Source of the DNA: an uncultured delta proteobacterium
GTDB taxonomy: Bacteria; Myxococcota_A; UBA9160; SZUA-336
Reading direction: 5' to 3'
NCBI GenBank assembly: GCA_963704165.1
Contig: CAVPHD010000003.1
Location: forward strand, 320,001 to 384,000
Length of the DNA: 64,000 nt
Below, piece by piece: positions 9,792 through 21,484 of this stretch. Numbering within the stretch: position 1 is the first letter of the stretch; each line of letters starts with the position of its first letter. The notes under the pieces are model-generated. The model had not been told where the DNA came from. It did not search any database and was given only the letters and a program-made list of their open reading frames with translations. A program made the position numbers and the translations under genes.

Positions 9792-11285
9792 GTGCCGCTT
9801 CTCGTCGAGACCCGGAGAGGCACCGTGAGAGGCCGCGTGGATCGCGGCGTGACGGTCTTTCGCGGAATTCCCTTCGCCGCGGCGCCGGTCGGAGCGCTGC
9901 GCTTCAGGCGTCCGCAACCGCCGGATCCCTGGCCGGGCGTGCGGGACTGCCGAGATCCGGGACCCGCTTCGCCGCAGAACGCGACGCGGATCGCGAGTCG
10001 CGGCGATGAGGCCACGGTCGCCCAGAGCGAGGACTGCCTCCGTCTCGATCTCTGGACCGCCGGCTTCGAGGGCGTGCCGCGGCCCGTGCTCGTGTTCGTG
10101 CACGGCGGCGCTTTCGTCCGGGGTGCGGCGTCGGACCCCGGAACGCGCGGACGTCGGCTCGCGCGCGGCGGAGACATGGTCGTGGTCTCGCTGCAGTACC
10201 GACTCGGGGCGCTCGGTTTTCTCGATCCCGCAGATCTGCCTCGCGACGCGGACCTCGACGACGCAAACCTCGGCCTGCTCGATCAGATCGCCGCGCTCGA
10301 GTGGGTGCGTGCGGAGATCGACGCATTCGGCGGCGACCCCGGCAACGTCACGGTCTTCGGCACGGGCGCGGGCGCGACTTCGGTTGCATGTCTGCTCAGC
10401 GCGAAGCGCGCGCACGGCCTGTTCCGCCGCGCGATCCTCGCGAGCGGGTCGCTCGACGTGGACGCCCGCGAGGATTCGACACGCCGGACCCGCGCTTTTC
10501 TCGCGGCCCTCGGCCTGAAGCCGGCCGATGCCCGCAAGCTCGTCGAGCTGCCGGTGGACGCGCTGCTCGGCGCCCAGCGGAGAACCGGCGAATTCCGGCC
10601 GACGGTGGATGGCGCGCTGCTCGCGGCGTCCCCGCTCGCGGCGGCGCGGGCCGGGACCATCGCGGTCATGCCGACGATCATCGGCACCAACCGCGACGAG
10701 GCGCGCAGGCTCGAGATGGACGGTTCGCCGCCAGGATCGATCGACCGCGCCGGTCTGGCTGAACGACTGCGAGGGCGAGGTCTTCACGGCCAGCTCGTCG
10801 ATGCCGCGATCGCGGCCTATGAAAAGGGACGCCCGCAGGCGACGGCCGCGGATCTCTTCTACGCGATCGAGACCGATCGGCGGTTCCGCGTTCCGTCGCT
10901 CCGTCTGGCCGAGTCCCTCGCGGCGTGCGACGCGCCCGTCCATGTCTACGAGTTCGCCTTCCCCGCGGCACCCGAGTGCGGCCGGAACTACGCCTTCCAT
11001 GGACTCGAGGAGCCGTTCGTCTTCGGCACACGGCGGATTCACCCACTCGGGGAGTTCATCGCGGACGGACCGGACGCGAAGCTCTTGTCGCGTCGGATGC
11101 GCGATGCCTGGACCGCCTTCGTGCGCAGTGGCGACCCGCACGCACCGCTGCTCCCGGCCTGGCCGGCCTACACGCCCGTCGATCGGAGCACGCTCGTCCT
11201 CGACGCGAATCCGCGGATCGAGAAAGCCCCGCGGGATGCGGAACGCGCGTTCTGGAGCGGCGACCCGAGCGCGCGGCCGCTCTAG
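9792..11285 (+). CDS. Carboxylesterase type B fold protein with the nucleophile Ser replaced by Gly
   Basis: FRGIPFA, SEDCL, HGGAF, YRLGALGF and FGGDPGNVTVFG motifs. The nucleophile elbow reads GTGAG rather than GxSAG. Confidence 0.88.
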   Translation: MPLLVETRRGTVRGRVDRGVTVFRGIPFAAAPVGALRFRRPQPPDPWPGVRDCRDPGPASPQNATRIASRGDEATVAQSEDCLRLDLWTAGFEGVPRPVLVFVHGGAFVRGAASDPGTRGRRLARGGDMVVVSLQYRLGALGFLDPADLPRDADLDDANLGLLDQIAALEWVRAEIDAFGGDPGNVTVFGTGAGATSVACLLSAKRAHGLFRRAILASGSLDVDAREDSTRRTRAFLAALGLKPADARKLVELPVDALLGAQRRTGEFRPTVDGALLAASPLAAARAGTIAVMPTIIGTNRDEARRLEMDGSPPGSIDRAGLAERLRGRGLHGQLVDAAIAAYEKGRPQATAADLFYAIETDRRFRVPSLRLAESLAACDAPVHVYEFAFPAAPECGRNYAFHGLEEPFVFGTRRIHPLGEFIADGPDAKLLSRRMRDAWTAFVRSGDPHAPLLPAWPAYTPVDRSTLVLDANPRIEKAPRDAERAFWSGDPSARPL

Positions 11286-11641
11286 GAAGCGCGCGCGAGC
11301 AGGAGCAGCGATGCCCAGCCGGAAATCAGAAAGATCCCACCGATCGGTGTCACCGGGCCGAGCCAGCGGAATTCGAAGAGCACGAGCCCGAAGATCGAGC
11401 CCGAGAACAGCGCGATGCCCGCGGTGAAGAGCGCCGCCTGCAACCCGATCGCGCGCCCGCTGGCCGAAGCGTGGAGCGCGAGCGCCATCAACACCACGCT
11501 GTGTAGGAGCGCGTAGTGTGAAGCCGTCTGCCAGGCCGAGAAGCGCTCGGGCGTGACCGTGTCACGCAGGCCGTGCGCGCCGAACGCTCCCGCCGCGACG
11601 GAGAGCGCGCCGAGCAGCCCCGCGACCCCGAGCCAGCTCAA
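11282..11641 (-). CDS. DUF423 (YgdD/TMEM256) membrane protein
   Basis: [19 protein letters not shown] and GPVTPIGG motifs. Confidence 0.9.
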   Translation of the reverse strand: MSWLGVAGLLGALSVAAGAFGAHGLRDTVTPERFSAWQTASHYALLHSVVLMALALHASASGRAIGLQAALFTAGIALFSGSIFGLVLFEFRWLGPVTPIGGIFLISGWASLLLLARAS

Positions 11642-13329
11642 AGCCCGGCATCCGTCACCGCCCCCAGAGCGGCGCTCGAAACGAGCTTCGCGTACTTCGC
11701 GAGCACCCCTCGCGTGTAGCGCGGCGCGGGCGGCCGGAACGCCGCGCGGCGCTTCTCGAGCTCGGCTTCGGGAACGTTGAGCTGCAGCAGACGCTGCTTC
11801 GCGTCGATCGTGATCGAGTCACCCTCGCGAACGAGCGCGATCGGTCCCCCGACGAACGCTTCCGGCGCGACGTGACCGACGACCATGCCGTAGGTTCCCC
11901 CCGAGAAACGGCCGTCGGTGAGCAGGCCGACGGAGTCACCGAGCCCCTTGCCGATCAGGGCCGAGGTCGGCGTGAGCATCTCGCGCATTCCGGGACCGCC
12001 CTTCGGTCCCTCGTAGCGGACCACGACCACGTCGCCGGCGCGGATCCGGTCGGCCATGATCGCCTCCATGCACTTCTCTTCGGAGTCGAAGACCCGCGCC
12101 GGACCGGTGATCTCGCGCAGCTTGATGCCGCTGATCTTCGCCACGGACCCGTCGGGCGCGAGATTTCCGCGCAGGATCGCGAGGTGCCCTTCTTCGTAGA
12201 CCGGCTTGGCGAACGGCCGCAGCACGTCCTGATCCGACGGTGGCTCCGATGGAACGTTCGCGAGATTCTCGGCGATCGTCTTCCCGGTGATCGTGAGGCA
12301 ATCGCCGTGAATGAGTCCTCGCTCGAGCAGCATCTTCATCACGAGCGGAATCCCGCCGACGCGGTGCAGATCCGTAGCGACGTACCTGCCGCTCGGCTTC
12401 AGATCACCGAGCACCGGAACGCGCGCGCGGATGCGTTCGAAGTCGTCGAGCTCGAGCGGCACTTCGGCCGCGTGTGCGATCGCGAGCAGGTGAAGCACCG
12501 CGTTGGTCGAGCCGCCGACCGCCATCACGACGGCGATCGCGTTCTCGAACGCGCGCCGGGTCATGATCTTGCGCGGGGTCAGGTTCGACGCGACCAGATC
12601 GATCAGCACGCGCCCGGACTCGGCGGCGCTCTCGCGCTTCTCGTCGTCCTCGGCCGCCATGGTCGAGCTTCCGGGCAGGCTCATGCCCATCGCCTCGATC
12701 GCGCTCGACATCGTGTTCGCGGTGTACATGCCGCCGCACGAGCCCTTGCCCGGGCACGCGCGACGCTCGATCTCGGCGAAGTCCGCGTCGTTCATCTTGC
12801 CCGCGCCGTGGGCTCCGACGGCCTCGAAGACCGAGACGATGGTCAGATCGTCGTTCTTGTAGTGTCCCGGCTTGATCGTTCCGCCGTAGACGAACACGCC
12901 GGGGATGTCGAGACGCGCGAGCGCGATCATCGCGCCCGGCATGTTCTTGTCGCAGCCGCCGACCGCGATCACGCCGTCGTGGCACTGACCGCGGCAGACG
13001 GTCTCGATCGAATCCGCGATCACGTCGCGCGAGACGAGCGAGCACTTCATGCCCTCGGTGCCCATCGAGATGCCGTCGCTGATGGTGATCGTGCCGAACG
13101 TCTGCGGCATGCCGCCGGCGCGCCGGATCGCGTCGGAGGCCGCGGCGGAGAGGTCGCCGAGGCCGAGGTTGCAGGGCGTGATGTTGCTCTCGCCGTTGGC
13201 CACACCGACGATCGGCTTGCCGAAGTCCGCGTCGCCGAATCCGACCGCGCGAAGCATCGCGCGGTTGGGCGCACGATCGTGGCCCTCGGTGATCAGCGAG
13301 CTGTGGGGATTTCGTTTCCGATCGGGCAT
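11638..13329 (-). CDS. ilvD: Dihydroxy-acid dehydratase
   Basis: [36 protein letters not shown] and TDGRFSG. Confidence 0.97.
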   Translation of the reverse strand: MPDRKRNPHSSLITEGHDRAPNRAMLRAVGFGDADFGKPIVGVANGESNITPCNLGLGDLSAAASDAIRRAGGMPQTFGTITISDGISMGTEGMKCSLVSRDVIADSIETVCRGQCHDGVIAVGGCDKNMPGAMIALARLDIPGVFVYGGTIKPGHYKNDDLTIVSVFEAVGAHGAGKMNDADFAEIERRACPGKGSCGGMYTANTMSSAIEAMGMSLPGSSTMAAEDDEKRESAAESGRVLIDLVASNLTPRKIMTRRAFENAIAVVMAVGGSTNAVLHLLAIAHAAEVPLELDDFERIRARVPVLGDLKPSGRYVATDLHRVGGIPLVMKMLLERGLIHGDCLTITGKTIAENLANVPSEPPSDQDVLRPFAKPVYEEGHLAILRGNLAPDGSVAKISGIKLREITGPARVFDSEEKCMEAIMADRIRAGDVVVVRYEGPKGGPGMREMLTPTSALIGKGLGDSVGLLTDGRFSGGTYGMVVGHVAPEAFVGGPIALVREGDSITIDAKQRLLQLNVPEAELEKRRAAFRPPAPRYTRGVLAKYAKLVSSAALGAVTDAGL

Positions 13330-13391
13330 GAAGACCTCCTGTTCCAGAGTCTACCGATTCTGGCGTAGACTCGGTCGCGGAGGAACTCGCG

Positions 13392-14089
13392 ATGGAACGC
13401 GCGCTCTCTGTCACCCCGCCCCGAGCTCGCTCGACGACACCCGCGTCGGCTCGACGCTGGCCCGGCTGCACGCGGCCGCGCGCGGTGACGCGTTCCGAAT
13501 GCTGGGACGACTTCCGACGCTCGCGCGCATGTTCCTCGGACGCGAGGCCCCTCCGGCCGCGTGGATGGCCGAGCGCATGAAGGACGTGTACATCCCGCTC
13601 TCACCCGCCCAGGGCCGGTTCCTGTACTTGATCGCGCGTTCCCTGTCGGCGCGGCGGATCGTCGAGTTCGGAACGTCCTTCGGCATCTCGACGATCTACG
13701 CGGCGGCGGCCGCCCGCGACAACGGCAACGGCCGCGTGGTCGGCTCGGAGCTCGAGCCGGGCAAGCACGAGCGAGCCCTCGCCAACCTCGACGCCGCCGG
13801 GCTCTCGGGTCACGCCGAGGTGAGACTCGGCGATGCAATGCAGACGTTTCGCGACCTGGCGCCCCCGATCGATCTGGTCCTGCTCGACGGCTGGAAGGAG
13901 CTGTACCTGCCCATGCTCGAGATGCTGGCACCGAAGCTGCGCCCGGGCGCGGTCGTGCTCGCCGACAACGTGCGAACCTTCAAGCGCTCGCTCGCCCCGT
14001 ACCTCCGGTATGTCCAGTCGGGCAAGAGCGGCTTCCAGTCGGTGACGCTGCCGTTCCCGTCGGGGTTCGAGTTCTCGGTGAGGACGTGA
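13392..14089 (+). CDS. Class I SAM-dependent O-methyltransferase; start uncertain (ATG 13392 needs a frameshift near 13415; in-frame alternative ATG near 13499)
   Basis: VEFGTSFGIST, DLVLLDGWK and GAVVLADN. Confidence 0.85.
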
Positions 14090-14152
14090 GGGCCCATCCG
14101 CGCCGGTCCGCACGGCTCCATTTCGGACGCGGCTGCGTCGATACGCAGGGGG

Positions 14153-15775
14153 ATGTCGCCGTCGGCCCGGATCCTCGTTGTCGATGATGAGCCGCGGGGC
14201 GTAGAGCTCCTGGTCCGCGCCCTGCGTCCGCTCGGCGAGGTCGTCGGTGAAGCCGACGCCGAGGCCGCCTGGGCGCGATTCTCGAGCGGCGAGTTCGACG
14301 TCGTCGTCTGCGACCAGAGAATGCCGGGCGTGAGCGGCGTCGAGTTCCTCTCGCGCGTGGCGGCCCACGACGACGTGATCGGTCGGATCCTGCTCACGGG
14401 CTTCGCGGACTTCGACGACACCGTCGACGCGATCAACCGCGCCCGGGTCCACGCCTACCTGAGCAAACCGTGTCCTCCCGCGCACCTGCTCGCGACGGTG
14501 CGCTCGGTGCTCGAACGGGCGCAGCTGGCGCGCGAGAACAACTCGCTCCTGCTCGAGCTGAAGTCCAGAAATCAAGAGCTGGCGAGCGCACTCACGTCAC
14601 TGGGAGAAGCGAAGGATGCGGCCGAGGCGGCCAGCAGCGCCAAGAGCGAGTTTCTCGCCAACATGAGTCACGAGCTCCGCACGCCGATGACGGCGATCCT
14701 CGGCTACAGCCAGCTTCTCGATGAGAGACTCGGAGCCGAGGAGCGCTCCGAAGCGCTGGCCTCGATTCGCACCAATGGCAGCCACCTCCTGCGGCTGCTG
14801 AACGATCTCCTCGACCTGTCCCGCATGGAGGCCGGAAAGCTCTGGCTGCAGAGCGAGACGGTGCAGGTCGACGAGCTGCTCGCAGATCTCTCCGCGACGC
14901 TCGCACCGCAAGCGCGCGAGCGGAAGCTGGAGCTGCGGATCTCTCGCCAGCCCGGGGCACCGGCCGAGCTCTCGACGGACCGCCTGCGGCTCCGCCAGAT
15001 CCTCCTGAACCTGCTCGACAACGCGCTTCGCTTCACCGAGCAGGGCCGGGTCGAGCTCGAGGTCCGCGCCGGAAGCGGCGGCGACCGCCCCTCCGTCGAG
15101 ATGGTGGTCCGCGACACCGGCGTCGGCATGAGTCCCGAGGAGCAGCTGCGCATCTTCCGCCCGTTCACGCAGATCGACGGATCCTCCACGCGCCGCGTCG
15201 GTGGCGCGGGCCTCGGCCTCGCTCTCTCGCGCCGGCTCGCGGAGCTGCTCGGCGGCTCGATCGCTCTCGAGAGCGCACCCGGACGCGGGAGTACGTTCCG
15301 GCTGACGCTGCCGTCGGCCGCGGATTCGTTCGAGGCGGCCCCGCCCGAGCCCGTGACCGCGAGGCCAGCCGCGACGGACCTCACGGGGCGGCGGATCCTG
15401 CTCGCCGAGGACTCGCTCGACAATCAGCGACTGATCGGAATGCTGCTTCGCCGCGCGGGAGCGAGCGTCGAGATCGCCGAGAACGGTCGCCGCGCACTCG
15501 ACCGCGCGCTGCAGGCTCTGGAATCCGAGGAACCCTTCGACGTCGTCTTGATGGACATGCAGATGCCCGAGCTCGACGGTTACGAGGCGACGCGTGCGCT
15601 GCGCGAACGCGGCTACACGCGGCCGATCGTGGCGCTCACGGCGCACGCGATGACCGGTCACCGCGAGGAGTGCCTGGCCGCCGGCTGTGACGACTACCTG
15701 ACCAAGCCGATCGATCGCGAGGTCCTGCTCGAGACGGCCTCGAGGCTCGCGGGCAAACCGACCGAAGCGGTCTAG
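14153..15775 (+). CDS. Cytoplasmic hybrid histidine kinase (REC-HisKA-HATPase-REC)
   Basis: ILVVDDE...DQRMP; FLANMSHELRTP; NLLDNA; DTGVG; GAGLGL; ILLAEDS...MDMQMP...KP. Confidence 0.95.
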   Translation: MSPSARILVVDDEPRGVELLVRALRPLGEVVGEADAEAAWARFSSGEFDVVVCDQRMPGVSGVEFLSRVAAHDDVIGRILLTGFADFDDTVDAINRARVHAYLSKPCPPAHLLATVRSVLERAQLARENNSLLLELKSRNQELASALTSLGEAKDAAEAASSAKSEFLANMSHELRTPMTAILGYSQLLDERLGAEERSEALASIRTNGSHLLRLLNDLLDLSRMEAGKLWLQSETVQVDELLADLSATLAPQARERKLELRISRQPGAPAELSTDRLRLRQILLNLLDNALRFTEQGRVELEVRAGSGGDRPSVEMVVRDTGVGMSPEEQLRIFRPFTQIDGSSTRRVGGAGLGLALSRRLAELLGGSIALESAPGRGSTFRLTLPSAADSFEAAPPEPVTARPAATDLTGRRILLAEDSLDNQRLIGMLLRRAGASVEIAENGRRALDRALQALESEEPFDVVLMDMQMPELDGYEATRALRERGYTRPIVALTAHAMTGHREECLAAGCDDYLTKPIDREVLLETASRLAGKPTEAV

Positions 15776-18289
15776 CTCTCCGGCACGGTCGGCGCCGGGG
15801 ACGTGAGCGCGACGGGCAGCTCGACGCGGAACGTGCTGCCGCGCCCTGGCTGGCTCTTCACCTGGATCGAGCCACCGTGTCGCGCCACGATCCCGTAGCT
15901 GATCGCGAGACCGAGCCCGGTTCCCTTGCCGACGGGCTTCGTCGTGAAGAACGGGTCGAAGATCCGCTCGAGCGTCGAGGGGTCGAGCCCGCACCCGTCG
16001 TCTTCGATCTCGACCGCGATCCGATCCGCACCGAGCGCGCGGGTGCGCACGGTCACGCTGCCTCTTCCGTTGACGGCATCTCGTGCGTTGGCGATCAGGT
16101 TCATGAACACCTGATTCAGCTGACCGGCGAGACACTCGATCGGCGGCAGCTCGCCGTAGTCGCGAGTCAATCGGCAGCCCGCGAGCGGTCCGCGCAAGAG
16201 CGTGAGGGTGGCGTCGAGCGCGTCGTTGAGCTGGATCAACGTCGGTTCTCCGCGGTCGGGCCGGGAGAAGCTGCGCAGATCGCGGACGAGCCCCGTCGCT
16301 CGCTCGATTCCCTCGGTGCAGCCGTCGAAGACCTCTTTCAGATCGTCGATCGCGACATCGACGCCTTGATCGGATCGGATCCGGGCAAGGCGGTCGGTGA
16401 GCACGGGTGATCCGATCTCGTTCGAGGCCTCCTCGTACTCCCGAAGCGTCGCGACGAGCGTGCGCGTGTAGGACTGCAGGTAGTGGAAGTTCCCGACGAT
16501 GAAGTTCAGCGGGTTGTTGAGTTCGTGTGCGATTCCCGCCACGAACTGGCCGAGCGACGCCATCTTCTCTCGGTGCAGAAGCTGGGTCTGAGTGCTGCGA
16601 AGCTCGTCGAGCGCCTTCTGCAGGTCGTGGGTTCGCGCCTCGACCTTCCCTTCGAGGCTGCGATTCAACTCACGCAGTTGCTCGAGTGCGAGCGCATTTC
16701 GCACGGCGACGGCGCCTTGATGCGCGAGCGTGTGAAGCAGCGCGCGATCGTCGCCGCTGTACATGCCCCCCGAGCGCGGCGGCCCGAGCACGAGTGCGGC
16801 GACGAGTTCGTCCTCGCTGCGGAACGGAATGACCAGCCCGCCGTCGGGCACGTCGATGCTCTTGCGGTCGGGGGGAAGCTCGGTCGGCGCGCGCCGATCG
16901 CCGACCTCGCCCACCGCGAACATCGCGCCGTTCTCTCCACTCACGAACAAGCCCGCACCCTGTGGGTGCAGCGCGCGCTCGACGCCGCGATGCAGCTCGC
17001 GAGCGAGCGAGGCGAGCTCGGTCGCCGAGGCCAACCGACCGCTCGTCTCCTCGACGATCCTGCGGTAGTCGTAGGCGTTGCGGAAGAAGAGCCGATCGAT
17101 CAGCGCCTGCGCGTGATCGCGCAGCGGCAGCATCAGCCCCACGCAGACCACACCGAGGACGATCGCGAAGATCGGTTCCCGGTAGTCGAGGGCTCCGGCG
17201 AAGAGCCGGTGCGTGACCGCGACCGCTCCCCCGTAGCCGACCGCGGCGAGCAGCGTGAGTGCCGCGTACCCGACCGAGCGCCGGATCAGGGAGTCGATCT
17301 CGAGCAGGTTGTGACGGAGGACCGCGTACGCCACGGCGCCCGGGAACAGGAACGCGGTGAACGCCATCGCATTCTGCGACGCGTTCCAGCCGACCAGCGG
17401 TGAGATCAGGATCAAGCCTGACACCCGGACTCAGCGCCACGACCGCACCGAACGCGACGACGCGGACGCGCTGCCGCGCCTCGAACGAGGCGGGGCGCAG
17501 CCCCGCGTGCACCTGCGACGAGATCAGGCCAGCGACCGCCACGCCGAACAGGAGCATCGCCAGACGTCGTGGTGCGCGACGTAGCGCCCGGGTTCGTCGA
17601 GATGCATCTGCCCGACCGCCGCGAACGGCAGGGCCAGCAGATAGGGCACGTGGATCAGCCACGGCCGGCGCTCCATCATCCGCGGTGACTGTGGAAACAC
17701 CAGCGCCATGTGGATCGTTCCGGCGAACAGGAACGACTCGCAGAGCACGTGCAGGCGGAAGAGCCGGTACGGGCCGTACAGATCGAGCGCGGTGAAGGTG
17801 TACAGCGCCGCGACCCAGAAGAAGGCGAACGTGCCGCGGCCCAGCCGGTCGCCACCGCGCAGCGCACGGATCAGGATCGCCACGATGCCGAACGCAGCGC
17901 CGTTCAAGAGAAAGCTTCCGAACAGGAGCCAGAGGTCGCGGATCTCGAAGCGCCGCGTCGAGATGTTCCGTTCGAAGCTGCCCTCGCCTTCGCCGAAGCG
18001 GTAGCGGACGACTCGGCCCACCGGGCCGTCTCGTGACGGCCGCGCGGATCGCAGCGCCGCCGCGCACGCGCTCGCCGTCGACCGCCGTCACCTCGTGGCC
18101 GTAGATCACGCCGTCCGAAGTACCCGGCCAGTGCGCGAGCCCCGCCGACGCGACGACTCCGTTGCGAAGCACGAGAAAGCCCGGAAACTGGCGTTCGCGC
18201 CAATAGGACGCCTCGATCGCGCCGTAGAGCGCGACGAAGAGCAGCACGGCTGCCGCGAGCCAGAGCACGGGATCGCGGCGCAGGGTCAC
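15772..18289 (-). CDS. Membrane sensor histidine kinase (TM, PDZ-like, multi-TM, GAF, coiled coil, HisKA-HATPase); frameshifts near 18025, 17565 and 17425
   Basis: FPGFLV...VTAVDG PDZ-like segment; several TM helices; GAF (LVIPF...LVLGPPRSGGMYSGDD); AGIAHELNNP; NLIANA; FFTTKPVGKGTGLGL. Confidence 0.88.
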
Positions 18290-21200
18290 CGCTCGTCTCC
18301 GAAGCCGCGCCCGGCCTGGTCGAGATCGAAGATCACCGACACCGGAGAGAGTCGCTCGAAGTAGCCCCGCATCGGCGAGCGTTGTCGCGCCGCGGCGTTC
18401 GATTCGGAGAGCGGCCCGAGCCAGTGCGACGGGAATCCGAGCTGATCGAGGGAGTCGATCAGCGCTTGCGGCATGAACGCATAGGCATGCGTGATCTCCT
18501 GCTCGCGGAGTGCGTCGTACATGAGCTTGACCAGACCGAGCATCGCCACGCGCTCGCCGCCGCGGTGCTCGATCGCGAGCGCGAGCTTGCCGATCTCGCC
18601 CAGGCGCTCGCGCGGCACGTCGGGGATCTCGAAGTCGAAGAATGCCTCGGTCTGATACCCGAGCTCACCCGGCAGCACCACGCGCGCGGTGCCGACCAGG
18701 GCACCGGTCGAGTCATAGGCCAGACACTGAATCGCGGATTCGTCGTGCCCGTCGCGCAGAATCGGACTCCCGAAATCGGCCGGATCGATGTAGCCGTGCT
18801 GCGCGTAGACCCGGAATCGAAGCGCGTACGCGGCCTGGCGCTGCTCGATCGAATCCGCGCGACAGAAGCGATAGCCGCCGAGCACGAACTCCTTGGTGAT
18901 GGCGCCCGAGAACAGCCGGCGCAGCTCGTCGGCGGCGGAGCTCTGCGCCGGGCGCGGGCCGGATTCGAATCGGATCTCGAGCTCCGAGCCACCCGCAGTC
19001 CGCGCGCAGACCTCGCCTTCCAGAACCTTCCCGGCGTGCAGACCCCGGACCCGGACCTTCTCGCCGATCCGTGCGCCCTCCGCGTCGCGCTCTCCGAGGA
19101 TTCGGACGCGGAGGCTCTCGCCCGTGCGTCCGAGCACGAGCGCGGGAAAGGCGCGTTCGGCCGTCGTCAGAAGCACCGCGTCGTTCGTGTCTGCGGAACT
19201 CGGCGCGCCGGCGCGGGCGAGGAGCTGCGCGGGAAGGATGAACAGATCCGCGGCCAGTGCGAAGATCAGCGACAGCGCCTCCAGCCCGCCGAAGTTCGCG
19301 ATCACCTGGAAGTCCGAGAGTCCGAGAACGGCGAGCCCCGCCGCGATGATCAGGCTCGTCACGACGACGGGTCGGCCGGTCGTGACGTAGGCCTCGAATA
19401 CCGCCACGCGGCGGAGACCGTGCACGGCTTCGTGACGCCGGATCGTGTCGAGCAGATGAACGGTGCTGTCCACCGCGATCCCCAGCGTCGTGACCGCGAT
19501 GACACTGGTCACGTCCCGGAGCGTGATCGCGAAGAGAACCATGACCGCGAAGTTCAACGCGACGGGGAGCGCGATCGGAAGAAAGAGGTGTGCGCCGATC
19601 CACAGCGAGCGGAACGCCACCGACGAGAGGAACAGGATCAGGATCGAGGCTCCCGCGAGGCTCCAGACCTGCTCGACCGCGAGCTCGTCTGCGGCCTCCG
19701 AGAGCAGGATCTCGGTCGAGAGAACGGTGTCGCTCCCCGACTCCTCCGGCAGGTGCTCGCGCGCGAGCGCTTCGAGCCGCGCGCGGAGCGCCGCGCTCTC
19801 GAGACTCGATCCAACGGCCGCGGTGAGCACGATGCGCGCGTGCCGGTGCTCGAAGTCAAGCAGGTCGTCGAACTCGTCGGGCTGGCCGGCCGAAGAGTAG
19901 AGCAGCAGGAACTGCGCCACCGCCTCGCCCGAGTCGGGAATGCGAAGCTCGGCGGGATCCTCGCCGTGCATGGCGCGGTTCATCAACTCGACGTAGTTCG
20001 CGATCGAGAAGCTCTTGTCGATTTCGGGCAACGCCTCGGCCGCGGCCTGGAACGCGAGCATTCGCCGCAGGCGGTCGGGGTCGTGGATTCCGCCGGGGCC
20101 GTCCGTCCGCACGTAGACGTTCTCGATCACGTCGCCCGAGAAGTGCGTGCGGTAGAACTCCGACGAGGTGCGGAAGCGCGAGTCTTCCGCGAACGCCTTC
20201 GGACCGCTCGAATCGACGACGAGCGAGGTACTCGCCAGGCAGGCCGCGACGAAGAGTACGAGTGAGCCCGCGAGGATCGCGCGTGGGCGACGCCCGATGA
20301 ACTCGACGATTCCGAACAGGAGCACGCCGAGCCGGCGTTCGCTGGTCAGGATTCCACTGCCGCGGCGGACCGGAGACAGCGAGAGCACGGCCGGCACCCC
20401 GAAGCACGCGAGGACGATCACGGAGAGCACGCCGGCCATCAGGTCGATGCCGAAGCCTCGCACCAGCGGCAGGTCGGAGAGCGCGACGAAGCCTGCGCCG
20501 ATCGCGGTGGTGAGACCGGCGACGACGACCGGACGCCGCATCCGGTCGAGAGCCGCGAGCGTCGCCTCTCGCGCACCGTTCCCCGGCGTGGACCTGCCGC
20601 TGATAGCACGCCGCCAGGTGCATCACGTACGCGCAGCCGATCGCGAGCAGGAACGTCGGCGCGGTATTCGAGAGCGCAGTGATCGGCTCGCCGATCCAGC
20701 CCATGAATCCGGTCATCCAGACCACCGAGATGAGCACCGCGGCCAGGATCAGGAGCATCATCGTGATCGAGCCGACACTCACGTACACGAGCACCGCCAT
20801 CAGGAGGACGGTGGCGGGCAGGAAGACGCCGAGATCGCGCTGCATGGTGCGCGCGATCTCCGTCTTCATGAACGGATGTCCCGCCAGGTAGTACGGGCGG
20901 CCCGCGCCCTCGTGCTCGACGATGTCCTCGATCTTCGTCAGCAGCTCGCCGCGCTCGCTCGTCGCGTCGCCCGGCTCTTCGAGGCGAACCTGAAGCGCTG
21001 CGGTGCGCCGGTCGCTCGAGATCAGCGATCCCGTCCAGAGGGCATTCATCTCGACGCGCTCCCGGATGCGCGCGAGCGCCGCTTCGGTCCAGTCGGCTGG
21101 ATCGGCGGGGACGAGTGCCTGCACGTCCAGCGCGTCTTCGGTGCCGACGATGTCGTCGACCGTCACGAGCGCGTCGACCTCGGCGACTTCCGGAAGCTCC

Positions 21201-21484
21201 TCGATGCGAAGGGCGATCCGCCGCTGCACGTCGAGCGCATCGGCGCTGAGCGCGTCGTCGAAGGGCAGTGCGATCGAGACCACCTCGTCGCTGCCGAACA
21301 TCTCCTTCCAGCGGTCGAAGGCGACGCGATCGGGGTCGTGCTCGACGATCATCGACTCGATCGACGAATCGATGCGAAGCTCGAGCGCTCCGACCGCGAA
21401 GAAGAGCGTCACCGCTCCGATCAGCGCGAGGACCGTGCGTGGGTGCGTGATCGGCGCGCGAAGCATGTCTTCGAACGCCTTCAT
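18286..21484 (-). CDS. MMPL/RND-family transporter fused to a PilZ-like barrel and a C-terminal FeeM-like N-acyl amino acid synthase (GNAT) domain; one +1 frameshift at the C run 20581-20584
   Basis: Two MMPL repeats (YLAGHP...; GIAVDSTVH). C-terminus reads YALRFRVY..GY...RDGHD...VGTARVV...GEIGKLA...LGF. Removing one G restores HAGNGAREATLAALDRMRRPV. Confidence 0.82.

Noticed and set aside
9696..11141. Apparent N-terminal extension of the metallophosphoesterase (874-aa ORF)
   Set aside because: It is the antisense of the carboxylesterase gene; the real protein starts near MSTAARIL.
18286..18880. LuxI-type AHL synthase
   Set aside because: It lacks the LuxI F..W and E.SR signature (has RVY..GY and EIGK) and no LuxR is nearby; a FeeM-like assignment fits better.
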